Below are positions 11,952 through 21,797 of a DNA stretch of 64,000 bases, piece after piece. Made by a program: the position numbers and the translations under genes. The DNA comes from Gemmatimonadales bacterium (GTDB lineage Bacteria > Gemmatimonadota > Gemmatimonadetes > Gemmatimonadales > GWC2-71-9): assembly GCA_040901965.1 (NCBI GenBank), contig JBBDYB010000011.1, positions 64,246-128,245 on the forward strand, read 5' to 3'. Positions within the stretch are counted from its first letter, which is position 1. Every line of letters begins with the position of its first letter. The notes under the pieces are model-generated. The model was not told the DNA's origin. It worked only from the letters and a program-made list of their open reading frames with translations, and did no database searches.

Positions 11952-12617
11952 ATGCGAACGAATACTCAGCGTTTGATGCTACGGGGCGGGATGATCGTGC
12001 TCGCCGCCCTGCTCGTGAGCACCGTTGGCGGTTGGGCGGGCGGCACCACGGGAGGGGGAGGGGGGGGGACCGACGTTGGGCGCGCGCCTGCTTCCGGCGC
12101 GGAGCTCCTGGGCGAGCTGCGTTCGCTCCGGCAGCAGCTCGATGCCAAGCAGGGAGAGCTCGAAGTCGCGCGGCTGCAGCTCGACCGCGTCGACGCCATC
12201 ATGCAGTACTCGACCCATTACCGGCTGCCCGCCGACATGGCGATCGCCGTATATGACGTGGCGCTGAGTGAAGGCATCGACCCCGGCCTCGCGTTCCGCC
12301 TGGTCAAGGTCGAATCCGGCTTCAATCCGCGCGCCACCAGCCACGTCGGCGCCCTCGGCCTCACGCAGGTGCTGCCCAGCACGGCGCGCCTGTATGAGCC
12401 GGGTCTCACGACCCAGCAGCTCTATGACCGCGACACGAATCTGCGGATTGGGTTCCGGTACCTGCGGGACTTGCTGGACCGCTATCCGGCCAACATGGAG
12501 TTGGCGCTACTCGCGTACAATCGCGGCCCCGCCAAGGTGGAGAAGCTGCTGGGCGCCGGGCGCGACCCTGCGAACGGCTATGAAACGGAAGTCATGAAGG
12601 GATTCCGGCACCACTAA
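11952..12617 (+). CDS. Soluble lytic transglycosylase (SLT domain) with N-terminal anchor and Gly-rich linker
   Basis: Catalytic block VESGFNPRATSHVGALGLTQVLPSTA...AYNRGP. ATG 11952 is preceded by GAGAGAGAGG. Contains a G9 tract at 12060-12068. Confidence 0.8.
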   Translation: MRTNTQRLMLRGGMIVLAALLVSTVGGWAGGTTGGGGGGTDVGRAPASGAELLGELRSLRQQLDAKQGELEVARLQLDRVDAIMQYSTHYRLPADMAIAVYDVALSEGIDPGLAFRLVKVESGFNPRATSHVGALGLTQVLPSTARLYEPGLTTQQLYDRDTNLRIGFRYLRDLLDRYPANMELALLAYNRGPAKVEKLLGAGRDPANGYETEVMKGFRHH

Positions 12618-12634
12618 CCTCGGGTGCCGGTTCA

Positions 12635-14188
12635 TCACCGGCTCGGGATGCGCAGGACGTCCCCGGGCCGGATGATACTCTGCATCGTCAAATCATTCAC
12701 ATCGAGCAGGGCTGCCAGGCCGACGCCATGCCGCCGGGCGATCTCGCTCGTCGTTTCTCCCCACGCCACGCGGTGCCGCGTGCTGCCGCTGCCTCCCCCT
12801 CCCCCTCCCCCTCCCCAACTCGACCGGCTCGACACCCTGCGGACCCGCGGCTCGGGAGGCGTGCTCCACGCGGCGCGCGGGACCACGCGGCCGCTCATGG
12901 GCACGATGATGCGCTGGCCGATGCGCAGCGCGCGCGCCCGCAGGTGCGGGTTCGCCCCCTGGAGCATCGTCACGGTCACCTTGTAGCGCTGCGCGATCGC
13001 GGACAACGTCTGGCCGGCGGTGACATAGTGATCGACGAACGTGACGCGCTCGTTGATGGGTAAGTCGGCGTAGCGCTCGGCGACGCGGGCGCCCGCGCCG
13101 CGCGGCACGCGGACGAACGCGCCCCGGCCGGGCGGCGTGATGCCGCGAACGAACTGCGGGTTCAGCTCGAGCAGCGCCGCGACGGACGTATCCGCGAGCC
13201 GCGCCAGCACGTCGAGGCCGGTCGCATCAGGGACGGTGACCTCGTCGAACACGAGCGGCGACAGCCGCTGCACGTCCGTAAAGCCGTAGCGGGCCGGCTG
13301 CTTGGCGACGAGGGCCGCGGCAATGAGCTTCGGCACGTAGTCGCGGGTCTCGCGCCGCAGGTTGCGGCGGTCGGCGATCTGGAAGAAGGTGTGGTCGCCG
13401 ACGGTATCGGGCTCGCCGGGCAGGCGGCGGATTTCCCGCTCGATGCGCCCCGCCCCGGCGTTATAGGCGGCGGCGGCGAGATAGACGCTTCCCAGCCGCT
13501 GGACCAGATCCTCCAGGTGATTCACGGCGGCATCGGTCGCCTTGAAGGGATCGCGGCGCTCGTCCACCCAGGGATCGATCTGCAGGCCGTACATCCGGCC
13601 TGTCCCGGCGATAAACTGCCACATCCCCACGGCGCGCGCGCGGCTCACCGCAGTGTTCGACAGGCCGCTCTCGATGAGCGTGAGGTAGACGAGATCCTCG
13701 GGCAGTCCCCGGGCCCGCAGCCGCGCGCGGATCATCCCCTCGTACCGGCCCAGCCGCGACAACCAGATTTCGAATCGGTCGCGCGCGTCGAGCTGGAAGA
13801 ACTCCAGGTACTCGAGCACCCGCCGGTTCCCCGCATAGCTCGTGACGTCGATATCGAAGCTGGTGGCGGCATCCGCCGTGGCCTCGGCGCCGAACAACCG
13901 CTCGGCCTCCTCGCGGACTTCCTCGCCCTGCACCGGCGTATTGGTGCGCGGCGGCGCGGGCGCATCGGCGGAGCGGCGGTGCAGGCTGTCCAGCGCCGAC
14001 TGATCGGCGGCGGAATCCCGCTCCGCGTTCGCGATGGCGGTGCCGAGCTGCGCGAGTCCGGACGTGTCCGCCGCGGCAGGAGCCACGGTCACCGACGCCC
14101 TGCCGGACATATGTGCACCAGCGGCGCAGGCGGTGCCGAGCACCGCCACGCCGATCGTCGAGAGCCAGAATGCGTACCGTTGTGTCAT
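12635..14188 (-). CDS. MltD-like membrane-bound lytic transglycosylase with C-terminal LysM domains
   Basis: SLT block IESGLSNTAVSRARAVGMWQFIAGTG...AAAYNAGAG. Two LysM-like repeats (YVTAGQTLSAIAQRYKVTV...; VAWGETTSEIARRHGVGL...). Start set at internal ATG 14188 (MTQRYAFWLSTIGVAVLG signal), which forms an ATGA overlap with the upstream ORF. Confidence 0.8.
   Translation of the reverse strand: MTQRYAFWLSTIGVAVLGTACAAGAHMSGRASVTVAPAAADTSGLAQLGTAIANAERDSAADQSALDSLHRRSADAPAPPRTNTPVQGEEVREEAERLFGAEATADAATSFDIDVTSYAGNRRVLEYLEFFQLDARDRFEIWLSRLGRYEGMIRARLRARGLPEDLVYLTLIESGLSNTAVSRARAVGMWQFIAGTGRMYGLQIDPWVDERRDPFKATDAAVNHLEDLVQRLGSVYLAAAAYNAGAGRIEREIRRLPGEPDTVGDHTFFQIADRRNLRRETRDYVPKLIAAALVAKQPARYGFTDVQRLSPLVFDEVTVPDATGLDVLARLADTSVAALLELNPQFVRGITPPGRGAFVRVPRGAGARVAERYADLPINERVTFVDHYVTAGQTLSAIAQRYKVTVTMLQGANPHLRARALRIGQRIIVPMSGRVVPRAAWSTPPEPRVRRVSSRSSWGGGGGGGGSGSTRHRVAWGETTSEIARRHGVGLAALLDVNDLTMQSIIRPGDVLRIPSR
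12792..12816. repeat. In-frame CCCCCT hexamer tandem repeat (about 4 units), coding the poly-Gly linker of the MltD-like protein
   Basis: cct ccccct ccccct ccccct cccc, read directly. The minus-strand translation is WGGGGGGGGSGS. Confidence 0.85.
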
Positions 14189-14586
14189 CGTGTCGCCAGA
14201 TAATTCCCGAGTAAACGGTTTGTCGCGTTCAAGACCGCAAGTGCCGCGCCGCGCGGCGGATCCGTTTCCGTCAAACAGGAGCCGACCAGCCGTGTCGCTT
14301 CGGTCGTCCGCGCCGACAGCGACACGATCACCACCGTCGCATCGAACGCGCGCACCGCCTTCACGCCCAGCAGCTCGAACGTGAGCCGCGGCTGCACGGC
14401 CTGCTCCAACGCATGCACGGCCGCCACGGCGCAACAGCGCAGCTCGCCCGTCTGCGATGACACGCCGTCCGACGCTCCTTCGAACCGGCGGCCGTCGCTC
14501 CACGTCAGCACGACCTTCGCCCGGCAGCGGCCGTTGGCGAGCCGCTGAAATCCGAATTCCTGGAACCGCAGGCGCTCGTCGGGCAC
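14185..14586 (-). CDS. Hypothetical protein (133 aa), translationally coupled to the MltD-like gene
   Basis: GTG start preceded by a G-rich RBS. The stop overlaps the mltD-like ATG (ATGA). High GC3. No motif recognised. Confidence 0.55.
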   Translation of the reverse strand: MPDERLRFQEFGFQRLANGRCRAKVVLTWSDGRRFEGASDGVSSQTGELRCCAVAAVHALEQAVQPRLTFELLGVKAVRAFDATVVIVSLSARTTEATRLVGSCLTETDPPRGAALAVLNATNRLLGNYLATR

Positions 14587-14602
14587 TAGAGCCCCCCGCC
14601 CC

Positions 14603-14851
14603 TCAGTCGAACCGGACTTCGATCTGCTGCTTCAAACCCGCGTCCTGCATCGCTTCCACGACGTCCACCTCGAGGTGCGGCCGCCCCTGCGCGTCGCGCT
14701 CCGCCGAGATGACGAGAATCAGTCCGCTGTCGAACTCCACCTTCACGTGCCGGACGTCGGAGCGCACGGTGACATGCTTGACCGTCTCACCCCGCAGCCG
14801 CGTCACCGCTCCCACGATGCGCCGCAAAGCCTGGAGGTCCACGGTACTCAT
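14603..14851 (-). CDS. Hypothetical protein (82 aa)
   Basis: Its ATG overlaps the stop of the upstream 81-aa ORF by 4 nt. Coding-like composition, not Arg/Pro/Gly shadow-like. No motif recognised. Confidence 0.5.
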   Translation of the reverse strand: MSTVDLQALRRIVGAVTRLRGETVKHVTVRSDVRHVKVEFDSGLILVISAERDAQGRPHLEVDVVEAMQDAGLKQQIEVRFD

Positions 14852-15093
14852 GCGATACGCTCGGCCAGGAGCTGTGATAACGCGGCGTCGGGAATCCGCT
14901 CAGCCTGGATGAACAGCGATGACTTCGAGGTGGCCTCCAACGGATACGGCGTCCAGAATGACTGTCGCCGCCCCGACTCCGACGCGGCACGAAACGACAA
15001 CACCAGCTGCCAAGCGGCCGTGTTTGCGCGACGCTCGGCGACCGCGTCCACATGCCAAACCTGGTCCCCGTGCGCGATCACCCGCCATGACAT
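14848..15093 (-). CDS. Hypothetical protein (81 aa), first gene of a 4-gene operon
   Basis: ATG start downstream of a candidate promoter. 4-nt overlap with the next ORF. No motif recognised. Confidence 0.45.
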   Translation of the reverse strand: MSWRVIAHGDQVWHVDAVAERRANTAAWQLVLSFRAASESGRRQSFWTPYPLEATSKSSLFIQAERIPDAALSQLLAERIA

Positions 15094-15131
15094 GGCTCAC
15101 CTCGACCGGGGAAGGCCCGCAAAGGGGCCCC

Positions 15132-15160
15132 AATATGTGTCTAAGCTGAAGTACCGTCAA
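15132..15160 (-). promoter_or_regulatory. Candidate sigma70-type promoter for the small-ORF/mltD-like operon
   Basis: On the minus strand: TTGACG (15160-15155), 17 nt, CATATT (15137-15132). This is about 40 nt upstream of ATG 15093. Confidence 0.35.
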
Positions 15161-15275
15161 TAGTTGACTGACTTTTCAACAGTCCGAGCACTCGTGCATC
15201 CTGCAACGTCCGGACCTCCCGCAGGGGCCGCAACACCCGGAGACGCAGTCCGGCGGCCAAGGCCACTAGTGAGTC

Positions 15276-16136
15276 TTAATCACCCCGCGTCACGTACGCG
15301 CGGAAGCGGGCCGCCAGATCCCGGGTGACCGTGCCGGCAGTCCCACTCCCGATTGTCCGGCCGTCGAGCTTCGAGATCCCTACGACCTCGGCGGCGGTGC
15401 CAGTGAGGAAAACCTCGTCGGCCGTGTAGAGATCGTAGCGGTTCATCGGCAGCTCCTCGACCCCGTATCCTGCCTCCCGGGCGAGATCCATCACGGTGTC
15501 GCGGGTGACTCCCCGCAGGATGCCCGCGTACGGCGGCGGGGTTCGCAGGGTGCTGTTCATGACCGCGAACAGGTTCATGCCGCTCGCTTCCGCGACATAG
15601 CCGGCGGAATCGAGCATGATCACCTCATCCACGTTGGCGGCGATGCCTTCGACCTTGGCGAGGATGTGGGAGAGGTAGTTCAGCGACTTCACACGCGGGG
15701 AGAGTGCTTCACGGTGGTGAATGGGCGTGGCGGCGGTGAGCGCGGTCAGCCCCTTCTCGTACCGGTCCTGCGGCCACAGCTTGATCGTGTCAACGATGCA
15801 GAAAATGGTCGCCTTCGCGCACTTGCGCGGATCGAGGCCCAGGTCGCCGACGCCGCGCGTCACCACCAGCCGAATGTAGGAATCCTTGAGTCCGCTCTTC
15901 GCGACACCCTCCTCGACCATGCGGCCCATGGCGTCTTTGGCCATCGGAATCTCGAGCCAGATCGCCTTGGCGGAGGCGTACAAGCGGTCGAGGTGCGTGT
16001 CCAGCCGGAAGACCCTGCCCCCGTAGGAGCGGATGCCTTCGAAGACGCCGTCGCCGTACAGCAAGCCGTGGTCGAATACCGAGACGACCGCGGTGGCGCG
16101 GTCGTACCACTTGCCGTCGATCCAGACTACGGTCAC
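15276..16136 (-). CDS. ilvE: Branched-chain amino acid aminotransferase (class IV)
   Basis: WIDGKWYDRATAVVSVFDHGLLYGDGVFEGIRSY...RLDTHLDRLYASAKAI. Later blocks LTGTAAEV and GxxGPVT-like GTAGTVT. Confidence 0.9.
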   Translation of the reverse strand: MTVVWIDGKWYDRATAVVSVFDHGLLYGDGVFEGIRSYGGRVFRLDTHLDRLYASAKAIWLEIPMAKDAMGRMVEEGVAKSGLKDSYIRLVVTRGVGDLGLDPRKCAKATIFCIVDTIKLWPQDRYEKGLTALTAATPIHHREALSPRVKSLNYLSHILAKVEGIAANVDEVIMLDSAGYVAEASGMNLFAVMNSTLRTPPPYAGILRGVTRDTVMDLAREAGYGVEELPMNRYDLYTADEVFLTGTAAEVVGISKLDGRTIGSGTAGTVTRDLAARFRAYVTRGD

Positions 16137-16170
16137 GAACTCTCTCCGGACAAAAGGGTCGGGTCCTGGA

Positions 16171-16243
<73 letters not shown>

Positions 16244-16273
16244 GGTGCGCCGAAAGATAGCGGCGCGGCGGAG

Positions 16274-16355
16274 GACGGCGGAAGGCGCCGAAGGGCGGCG
16301 AAGGACGTCCTGCGCCGTCCCCCGCCGCCCTCCGCCGCCCTCCGCCGTCTTTTTT
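16274..16355. terminator. Long GC-rich hairpin with a flanking T6/A6 run, between the TonB-receptor stop and tRNA-Lys
   Basis: GACGGCGGAAGGCG (16274-16287) pairs 13/14 with CGCCCTCCGCCGTC (16336-16349), followed by T6 on the plus strand. That run is A6 before the hairpin in the sense of the minus-strand gene and overlaps its TAA. GGCGGAGGGC is directly repeated inside. Confidence 0.4.
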
Positions 16356-19350
16356 AGAAGACCCAGTGCAATCCGATCTGCGCCTGCTGCGGATCGCCCA
16401 AGCCGCTGCGCAGCGTGCCGTCAAAGTTGAACAGCAGGCTCGTCGCGGCCGGGTCGCGGAAGTTCTCGGCCCCCAGCACGTTGAACACCTGCACGATCGC
16501 CTCGAGGCGTCCCTGCTTTCCGAGGTTGAACGGCCAGGTGAGACCGATATCCCACGAGAAGTAGCTGTTGTCCTTGCGCAGCGTGTTCCGCCTCACGATG
16601 TGGCCGTCGGCGCAGACCCGGTCGGCCGGCGCCGAGGCGCGCTGTCCGGCGGGCGGCGCGAAGGGGTTGGCGGTGGTGGGTCCGCAGCTTTCCGACGTCG
16701 GCTGCGCGGAGTAGATGCTGACCCGGTTGTTCAGGAACAAGCCGCCGCCGATGTGGGCCAGCATCCAGCCGTTCAAGCGATGCCGCTGGTCGCGATCACT
16801 CCAGTTGTACTCGGCGTGGAGCGAATCGGCGCGCGCGTAACGGAAAGTGAACGGATCTCGCTCGTTGTCGTCATCCGACTTGTCGAACGACAGCGTGTAG
16901 TTCACCTGGAACTGGAAGTTCGGATCGAGCACCCGCTTCACGCCGATTGTGACGCCGTTGTAGCGTGACTTGGCGCTCGACTCGACCGTGGTGAGCGTGG
17001 TAATCCCATTCAGGTCGGATGGGCCGGTAAGCGCCGAGTCCCACGGGGAGCCGAAGGCGGCCGCGTTCCGGTTGATGAACCGGGTGAGTCGATCCGTCCG
17101 CGAGTGGGTGTAGCTGATCGAGACCCCGAGATCGCTGCCGGCCTGCCATTCGTAGCCGAGGCTGGCGCTCAACGTCCGCGGGTTGCGGAAATTCTTGTCG
17201 AATACGAACACGTCGGGCAAGAAGACGGCGCTCGGGGCCACGTTGTCCGGCAGTTGGCTGTTGAAGGCCGGCACGGGGCCGAAAAAGCTGGCCCGGAAGT
17301 AGGTCATGCCGACCGAGCCATTGGTACTGCGGCTCGAGGCCAGGTTGAGTCCCGGAATGCGCGCGAAGTACAGCCCCGCGCTTCCCCGCACGACGCGCCG
17401 GCCGTCGCCGCCCGGATCATAGGCAAACCCGAAGCGGGGCTGGAACATCTTCTTGTCGGACGGGATCGTGCCGTCGGACGGGAACGTGCTGACGACCGAG
17501 CTCCCCACGTCGTTTACCCGCGTCCGCGTCTGCCCGATCAACGGTGCGTAAAACACCTGCGCTGGCGGCGTGATCGGGTCCGCTTGGATCTGCGCCTCCC
17601 ACCGCAGCCCGTAGTTGAACGTCCACTTGGAGTTGGGCCGCCACGTGTCCTGGAGGTAGAGGGCGTACTCGGTTTGCGGGATATCCTGGGTCCCGGCCTC
17701 GCGCACCGTGCGGCCAACGCCCGCCTGCTGGAGGTACAGCAGGACGCCGCCGCTCTGGCTCGGGTCTTCGGCGAAATCCAAGAAGCCCTGCACCGAGTTG
17801 AAGATGTAGCGGGAGTTGCCGAACCCGACAAACGTCTGGTTCGAGTGCACCTTGTTGTACTCGAAGCCGAGCTTGAAGAAGTGATCGCCGCGGGCGATCG
17901 ACACGTTATCCAGCAGCTGCACGCGCGTGTCGTAGTAGTCGATCGGGAGGAAGAACGGCATGCCGAACCGGTACCCGCCCGCGAAATCCATGGCGATATC
18001 CGGGAACGGCCGTAGCGGCGACGCATCCACCCGGTTCGCGCCCAGGGCGCCCGAGCGCGGCCCGTCATAGGGCCGGGGCCGGTCCTCGCGCGAATACTGG
18101 AAACGGAACTCGTTGGCGATGCTCGACGACAGGTGCGACACGAGGCTGCCGTTGATGGCGTTCGAATGGTCTTGCTCCAGGCCGTTGGCGCTGCGGGCCC
18201 AGCTGTCCACGTCGAACGTGCCGTTGGCCTGCTCGGACCAGGCGTAGTTGTATTTGAGCGACGCGTTGTGCCGGTCCGAGATCCGGACGTCCAACTTGGC
18301 CATCAGCGCCCGGGCGTCGTTGGTGCGGGCGATCGGGCCGTAGTCGCCCTGCAGCGCGCCGCCGAACGCCGTGTCCATCCAGGCGCGTAAGGGCGCCGCG
18401 ATGCGGTTGGGATCGGTCTGTTTGATCTCGTCGTAGATCTGCTGATCGTATGCCACGAAGAAAAATGCCCGGTCCCGCTTGATCGGCCCGCCCAGCGTGA
18501 ATCCGAATTGATGCTGCGTGAAGTCCGGGGGCGGCAGAGTCAGGCTGCCGTGCCGCGGGTGGCCCGAAAGTATGCCGTCCTTGCCGTAGTAATGCGCCGA
18601 GCCGCTCAGCTGATTCGTGCCCGACTTGGTCACGACGTTGACGAACCCGCCCGAGGAGCGTCCGAACTCGGCGCTCGCACCCGACGCCACCACGACGATT
18701 TCCTGCACCGCGTCGAGGTTGAACGTGAATGGCGGCCGCTGGCCGCCGCGCTGCTCGCCGAAGAACGGGTTGTTGAAGTCCGCCCCGTCCACGGAGATGT
18801 TGTTGTGAATACCCTTTTGTCCCGCGATGGACAGCTCGTCGCCGTCCGGTCCCTGCACGATGGCCACGTTCGGCGTCAGCAGCGTGAGGTTCAGGTAATT
18901 GCGACCGTTGTTGGGCAGGCGCGAGACCGCCTCATTGGGTACGCGCGTGGAGTTCTCGATTTTCGTCGCGTCCACCACCGGCTGCGACGCTTCTACCACC
19001 ACCGCCTGCAGCTGGACGGCCGCCAGCGGTAACCTCACCTCCACGATTTCGCCCACGCGCAGCGCCACACCGGTGCGGCGACTCTCGCTGTACCCGACGG
19101 CGCGGGCCGTAACGTCGTAGATCCCAAGGGGCAGCAGCGATCCGACGAACACGCCGCGCTCGTTCGTCGTGAGCTGGCGTTGGAATCCGGTTTGTGTCTC
19201 GCGCAGGACGACGCTCGCGCCGGCCACCGGCGACCCTGCCGGGTCGGTGACGACGCCGCGGATGATGCCCGTGGTGGCCTGGGACTGGGCGGCGATGACG
19301 ACCGGGAACGCGAGGGCCAGGACGATCGGCCCGATGAGCTTGCGCAGCAT
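16354..19350 (-). CDS. TonB-dependent outer-membrane receptor with N-terminal carboxypeptidase-regulatory-like domain
   Basis: Signal peptide MLRKLIGPIVLALAFPVVIAAQ. CarboxypepD_reg-like GIIRGVVTDPAGSPVAGASVVL...GIYDVTARAVGY. Plug-like VSRLPNNGRNYLNL. Terminal aromatic residue ...IGLHWVF. Start set at internal ATG 19350. Confidence 0.8.
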   Translation of the reverse strand: MLRKLIGPIVLALAFPVVIAAQSQATTGIIRGVVTDPAGSPVAGASVVLRETQTGFQRQLTTNERGVFVGSLLPLGIYDVTARAVGYSESRRTGVALRVGEIVEVRLPLAAVQLQAVVVEASQPVVDATKIENSTRVPNEAVSRLPNNGRNYLNLTLLTPNVAIVQGPDGDELSIAGQKGIHNNISVDGADFNNPFFGEQRGGQRPPFTFNLDAVQEIVVVASGASAEFGRSSGGFVNVVTKSGTNQLSGSAHYYGKDGILSGHPRHGSLTLPPPDFTQHQFGFTLGGPIKRDRAFFFVAYDQQIYDEIKQTDPNRIAAPLRAWMDTAFGGALQGDYGPIARTNDARALMAKLDVRISDRHNASLKYNYAWSEQANGTFDVDSWARSANGLEQDHSNAINGSLVSHLSSSIANEFRFQYSREDRPRPYDGPRSGALGANRVDASPLRPFPDIAMDFAGGYRFGMPFFLPIDYYDTRVQLLDNVSIARGDHFFKLGFEYNKVHSNQTFVGFGNSRYIFNSVQGFLDFAEDPSQSGGVLLYLQQAGVGRTVREAGTQDIPQTEYALYLQDTWRPNSKWTFNYGLRWEAQIQADPITPPAQVFYAPLIGQTRTRVNDVGSSVVSTFPSDGTIPSDKKMFQPRFGFAYDPGGDGRRVVRGSAGLYFARIPGLNLASSRSTNGSVGMTYFRASFFGPVPAFNSQLPDNVAPSAVFLPDVFVFDKNFRNPRTLSASLGYEWQAGSDLGVSISYTHSRTDRLTRFINRNAAAFGSPWDSALTGPSDLNGITTLTTVESSAKSRYNGVTIGVKRVLDPNFQFQVNYTLSFDKSDDDNERDPFTFRYARADSLHAEYNWSDRDQRHRLNGWMLAHIGGGLFLNNRVSIYSAQPTSESCGPTTANPFAPPAGQRASAPADRVCADGHIVRRNTLRKDNSYFSWDIGLTWPFNLGKQGRLEAIVQVFNVLGAENFRDPAATSLLFNFDGTLRSGLGDPQQAQIGLHWVF

Positions 19351-19457
19351 GCGGTCGGCCTCCGACTGGAAATGGAGTGAATTTCCGGGACGGGCTAGCG
19401 TATCACCCGCGGCGAAGCTCCGCAAGGACAGGGTGTCCGGTGCTACTTTTCCGAGCG

Positions 19458-21179
19458 ATGCAAAACGCCGACATCGGCCGCCTGCTCGACGAGGTCGCCG
19501 ACCTGCTGGAGATCTCCGCGGCCAACCCCTTCCGCGTCCGCGCGTACCGCAATGCCGCCCGGACCGTGCGCGATCACGCCGACCCCCTGGACGACCTGGT
19601 GCGCGGCGGCGACTTCGACTTGACCGACCTCCCCGGGATCGGCGCGGGCATCGCCGGCGAAATCACGGCGCTCGTGACGACCGGCACGCTGCCCCAGCGC
19701 CAGGAGCTCGCCGCCACAATCCCGGCGGGCTTGCTCGACCTGCTGCGCATGCCGGGACTCGGCCCGAAGCGGGTGAAGCTCCTGCACGACACGCTCAAAG
19801 TGAACACGGTCGCCGACCTGGGCCGGGCGCTCAAAGCCGGCAAAATCGCCAAGCTCCCCGGCTTCGGTCCCAAGCTCCTGGAGAAGATCCAGGCGGGGGT
19901 CGCGGGCGGGGGAGAGGCGCCGAGTCGCATGCGCCTCCACGAGGCCGAACCGTACGCCCGCGCGCTCGTCGAGTACCTCAAGGCCGGTGGCGGCCTCGAG
20001 ACGATCGAGGTAGCGGGAAGCTTCCGGCGGCGGCGCGAAACCATTGCCGACCTGGACATCGTCGTCAGCTGCGCCAACCCGGCGGAGGTGATCGCCCGCT
20101 TCGCCAAATTCGGCGACGTCACGCACGTCGCATCGCAGGGGGATACGCGATCCACCGTGCGGCTCTCCGGCGGCCTCCAGGTGGATCTGCGGGTCATCGA
20201 GCCGGACGCCTACGGGGCGGCGCTCCAGTATTTCACCGGCTCCCAAGCGCACAACATCGAGCTGCGCAAGATCGCCCAGGCGAAAAAGCTCAAGCTCAAC
20301 GAGTATGGCTTGTTCCGGGGCGCGAAGCGCATTGCGGGACGCGCGGAAGAAGACGTCTACGCCCGGCTCGGCATGGATTGGATCCCGCCCGAGCTGCGGG
20401 AAGCCCGCGGCGAGATCGGGCTCGCCCAGAAACACCAGCTCCCTGCCTTGGTCACGCTCGAGCAGATCCGCGGCGACCTGCAGATGCACACCGATGCGAG
20501 CGACGGTAAGGCGCCGCTCGCGGCCATGGTCGAAGCGGCGCAGGCGTTGGGGTACGCCTACATCGCGATCACCGACCACTCCAAGCGCGTCTCGATGTCG
20601 GGGCTCCAGCCGGAGGAGCACCGCGCGCAGTGGAAGGCCATCGACCGGCTCAACGCCCGGCTGCGCGGCTTCCGAGTCCTGAAGAGTGTCGAGATGGACA
20701 TCCTGGAAAGCGGCAAACTCGACCTGCCCGATGACGTGCTGGCGGAAGCGGACTACGTGGTGGCGACGATCCACTACGGCCTGAAGCAGACCGAGCGACA
20801 GCTCACCGACCGGCTGCTGGGCGCGATCGCGCATCCGTGGGTCGATGCCATCGGCCATCCCACGGGCCGGATCGTGAACACTAGGGCCTCGTATCCCCTC
20901 GACTTCGACGCCGTCGCGAAGGCCGCAGCCGCGTCCGGCACCCTCCTCGAAATCAACGGCAGCGAGCGGCTCGATCTGCCGGACACGCTGGCCGCCGCAG
21001 CCAAGGCGCAGGGCGTGCGGTTCGTGCTGTCGACCGACGCGCACAATCAGCGCGAGCTCGGCTACATGCGGTTCGCGGTGTCGGTGGCGCGGCGGGCGGG
21101 CCTCGAGGCGGCCGACGTGATGAACACGCGGCCGCTCGCGGAGTTCGTGAAGTCGCTAAAGCGCGCGCGCAACCGCTAG
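19458..21179 (+). CDS. polX: DNA polymerase X family protein with C-terminal PHP (histidinol-phosphatase-like) domain
   Basis: MQNADIGRLLDEVADLLEISAANPFRVRAYRNAARTV. HhH motifs LPGIGAGIAGEI and MPGLGPKRV. GSFRRRRETIADLDIVV. PHP block DLQMHTDASDG...ITDHS. Start at ATG 19458. Confidence 0.85.
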   Translation: MQNADIGRLLDEVADLLEISAANPFRVRAYRNAARTVRDHADPLDDLVRGGDFDLTDLPGIGAGIAGEITALVTTGTLPQRQELAATIPAGLLDLLRMPGLGPKRVKLLHDTLKVNTVADLGRALKAGKIAKLPGFGPKLLEKIQAGVAGGGEAPSRMRLHEAEPYARALVEYLKAGGGLETIEVAGSFRRRRETIADLDIVVSCANPAEVIARFAKFGDVTHVASQGDTRSTVRLSGGLQVDLRVIEPDAYGAALQYFTGSQAHNIELRKIAQAKKLKLNEYGLFRGAKRIAGRAEEDVYARLGMDWIPPELREARGEIGLAQKHQLPALVTLEQIRGDLQMHTDASDGKAPLAAMVEAAQALGYAYIAITDHSKRVSMSGLQPEEHRAQWKAIDRLNARLRGFRVLKSVEMDILESGKLDLPDDVLAEADYVVATIHYGLKQTERQLTDRLLGAIAHPWVDAIGHPTGRIVNTRASYPLDFDAVAKAAAASGTLLEINGSERLDLPDTLAAAAKAQGVRFVLSTDAHNQRELGYMRFAVSVARRAGLEAADVMNTRPLAEFVKSLKRARNR

Positions 21180-21797
21180 CAGCTCGAGCTGCGACACGGG
21201 CTCGAAGCTGTAGCGATGATGGCGGGTGGGACCGAGTCGCTGCAACGCATCGAGGTGCTCGGGCGTCGCGTAGCCCCTGTTCGTCTCCCAGTAATAGCCG
21301 GGATACCGGGCCGCGAGCCGGTCCATGAGGTAATCGCGCAGCGTCTTGGCGATCACCGAGGCGGCTGCGATCGAGTGGCAGCGCGCATCGCCGTCCACGA
21401 TCGCTTCGTGCGGGCAGCCGAGCTCGGGGCACGGCAGGCCGTCGATGAGGATGTGGGCGGGGACGAAGCCGAGGTGATGCAGCGCGCGTTCCATGGCGAG
21501 AATCGAGGCGCGCCGGATGTTCAAGCGGTCGATCTCCCGCACGCTCGCGGCACCGATGGCCACCGCGACCGCGCGCTGGCGGATCTTGGCGGCGAACTTA
21601 GCCCGTTGTGCGGCGGTGAGGACCTTGGAGTCGTCGAGGCCGCGGATCGGCTTCACCCCCACCGGAAACACGACGGCCGCAGCCACCACTGGTCCAGCCA
21701 GGGGGCCGCGGCCGACTTCATCCATTCCGGCGACGATAGTCCGCCCTTCGCACCACAGCGCCGCCTCGCGCTTGAGCGATGGGCGGCGGTGCCTCAC
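21156..21797 (-). CDS. rnhB: Ribonuclease HII
   Basis: [24 protein letters not shown]...DDSKVL...ASVIAK. The 3' end overlaps the polX 3' end by 24 nt (convergent). Confidence 0.9.
   Translation of the reverse strand: MRHRRPSLKREAALWCEGRTIVAGMDEVGRGPLAGPVVAAAVVFPVGVKPIRGLDDSKVLTAAQRAKFAAKIRQRAVAVAIGAASVREIDRLNIRRASILAMERALHHLGFVPAHILIDGLPCPELGCPHEAIVDGDARCHSIAAASVIAKTLRDYLMDRLAARYPGYYWETNRGYATPEHLDALQRLGPTRHHRYSFEPVSQLELLAVARAL

Noticed and set aside
19443-21044. 533-aa minus-strand ORF opposite polX, and the 446-aa plus-strand ORF 19169-20509.
   Set aside because: No motifs and an Arg/Pro-rich composition. The PolX frame carries clear HhH, nucleotidyl-transferase and PHP motifs.
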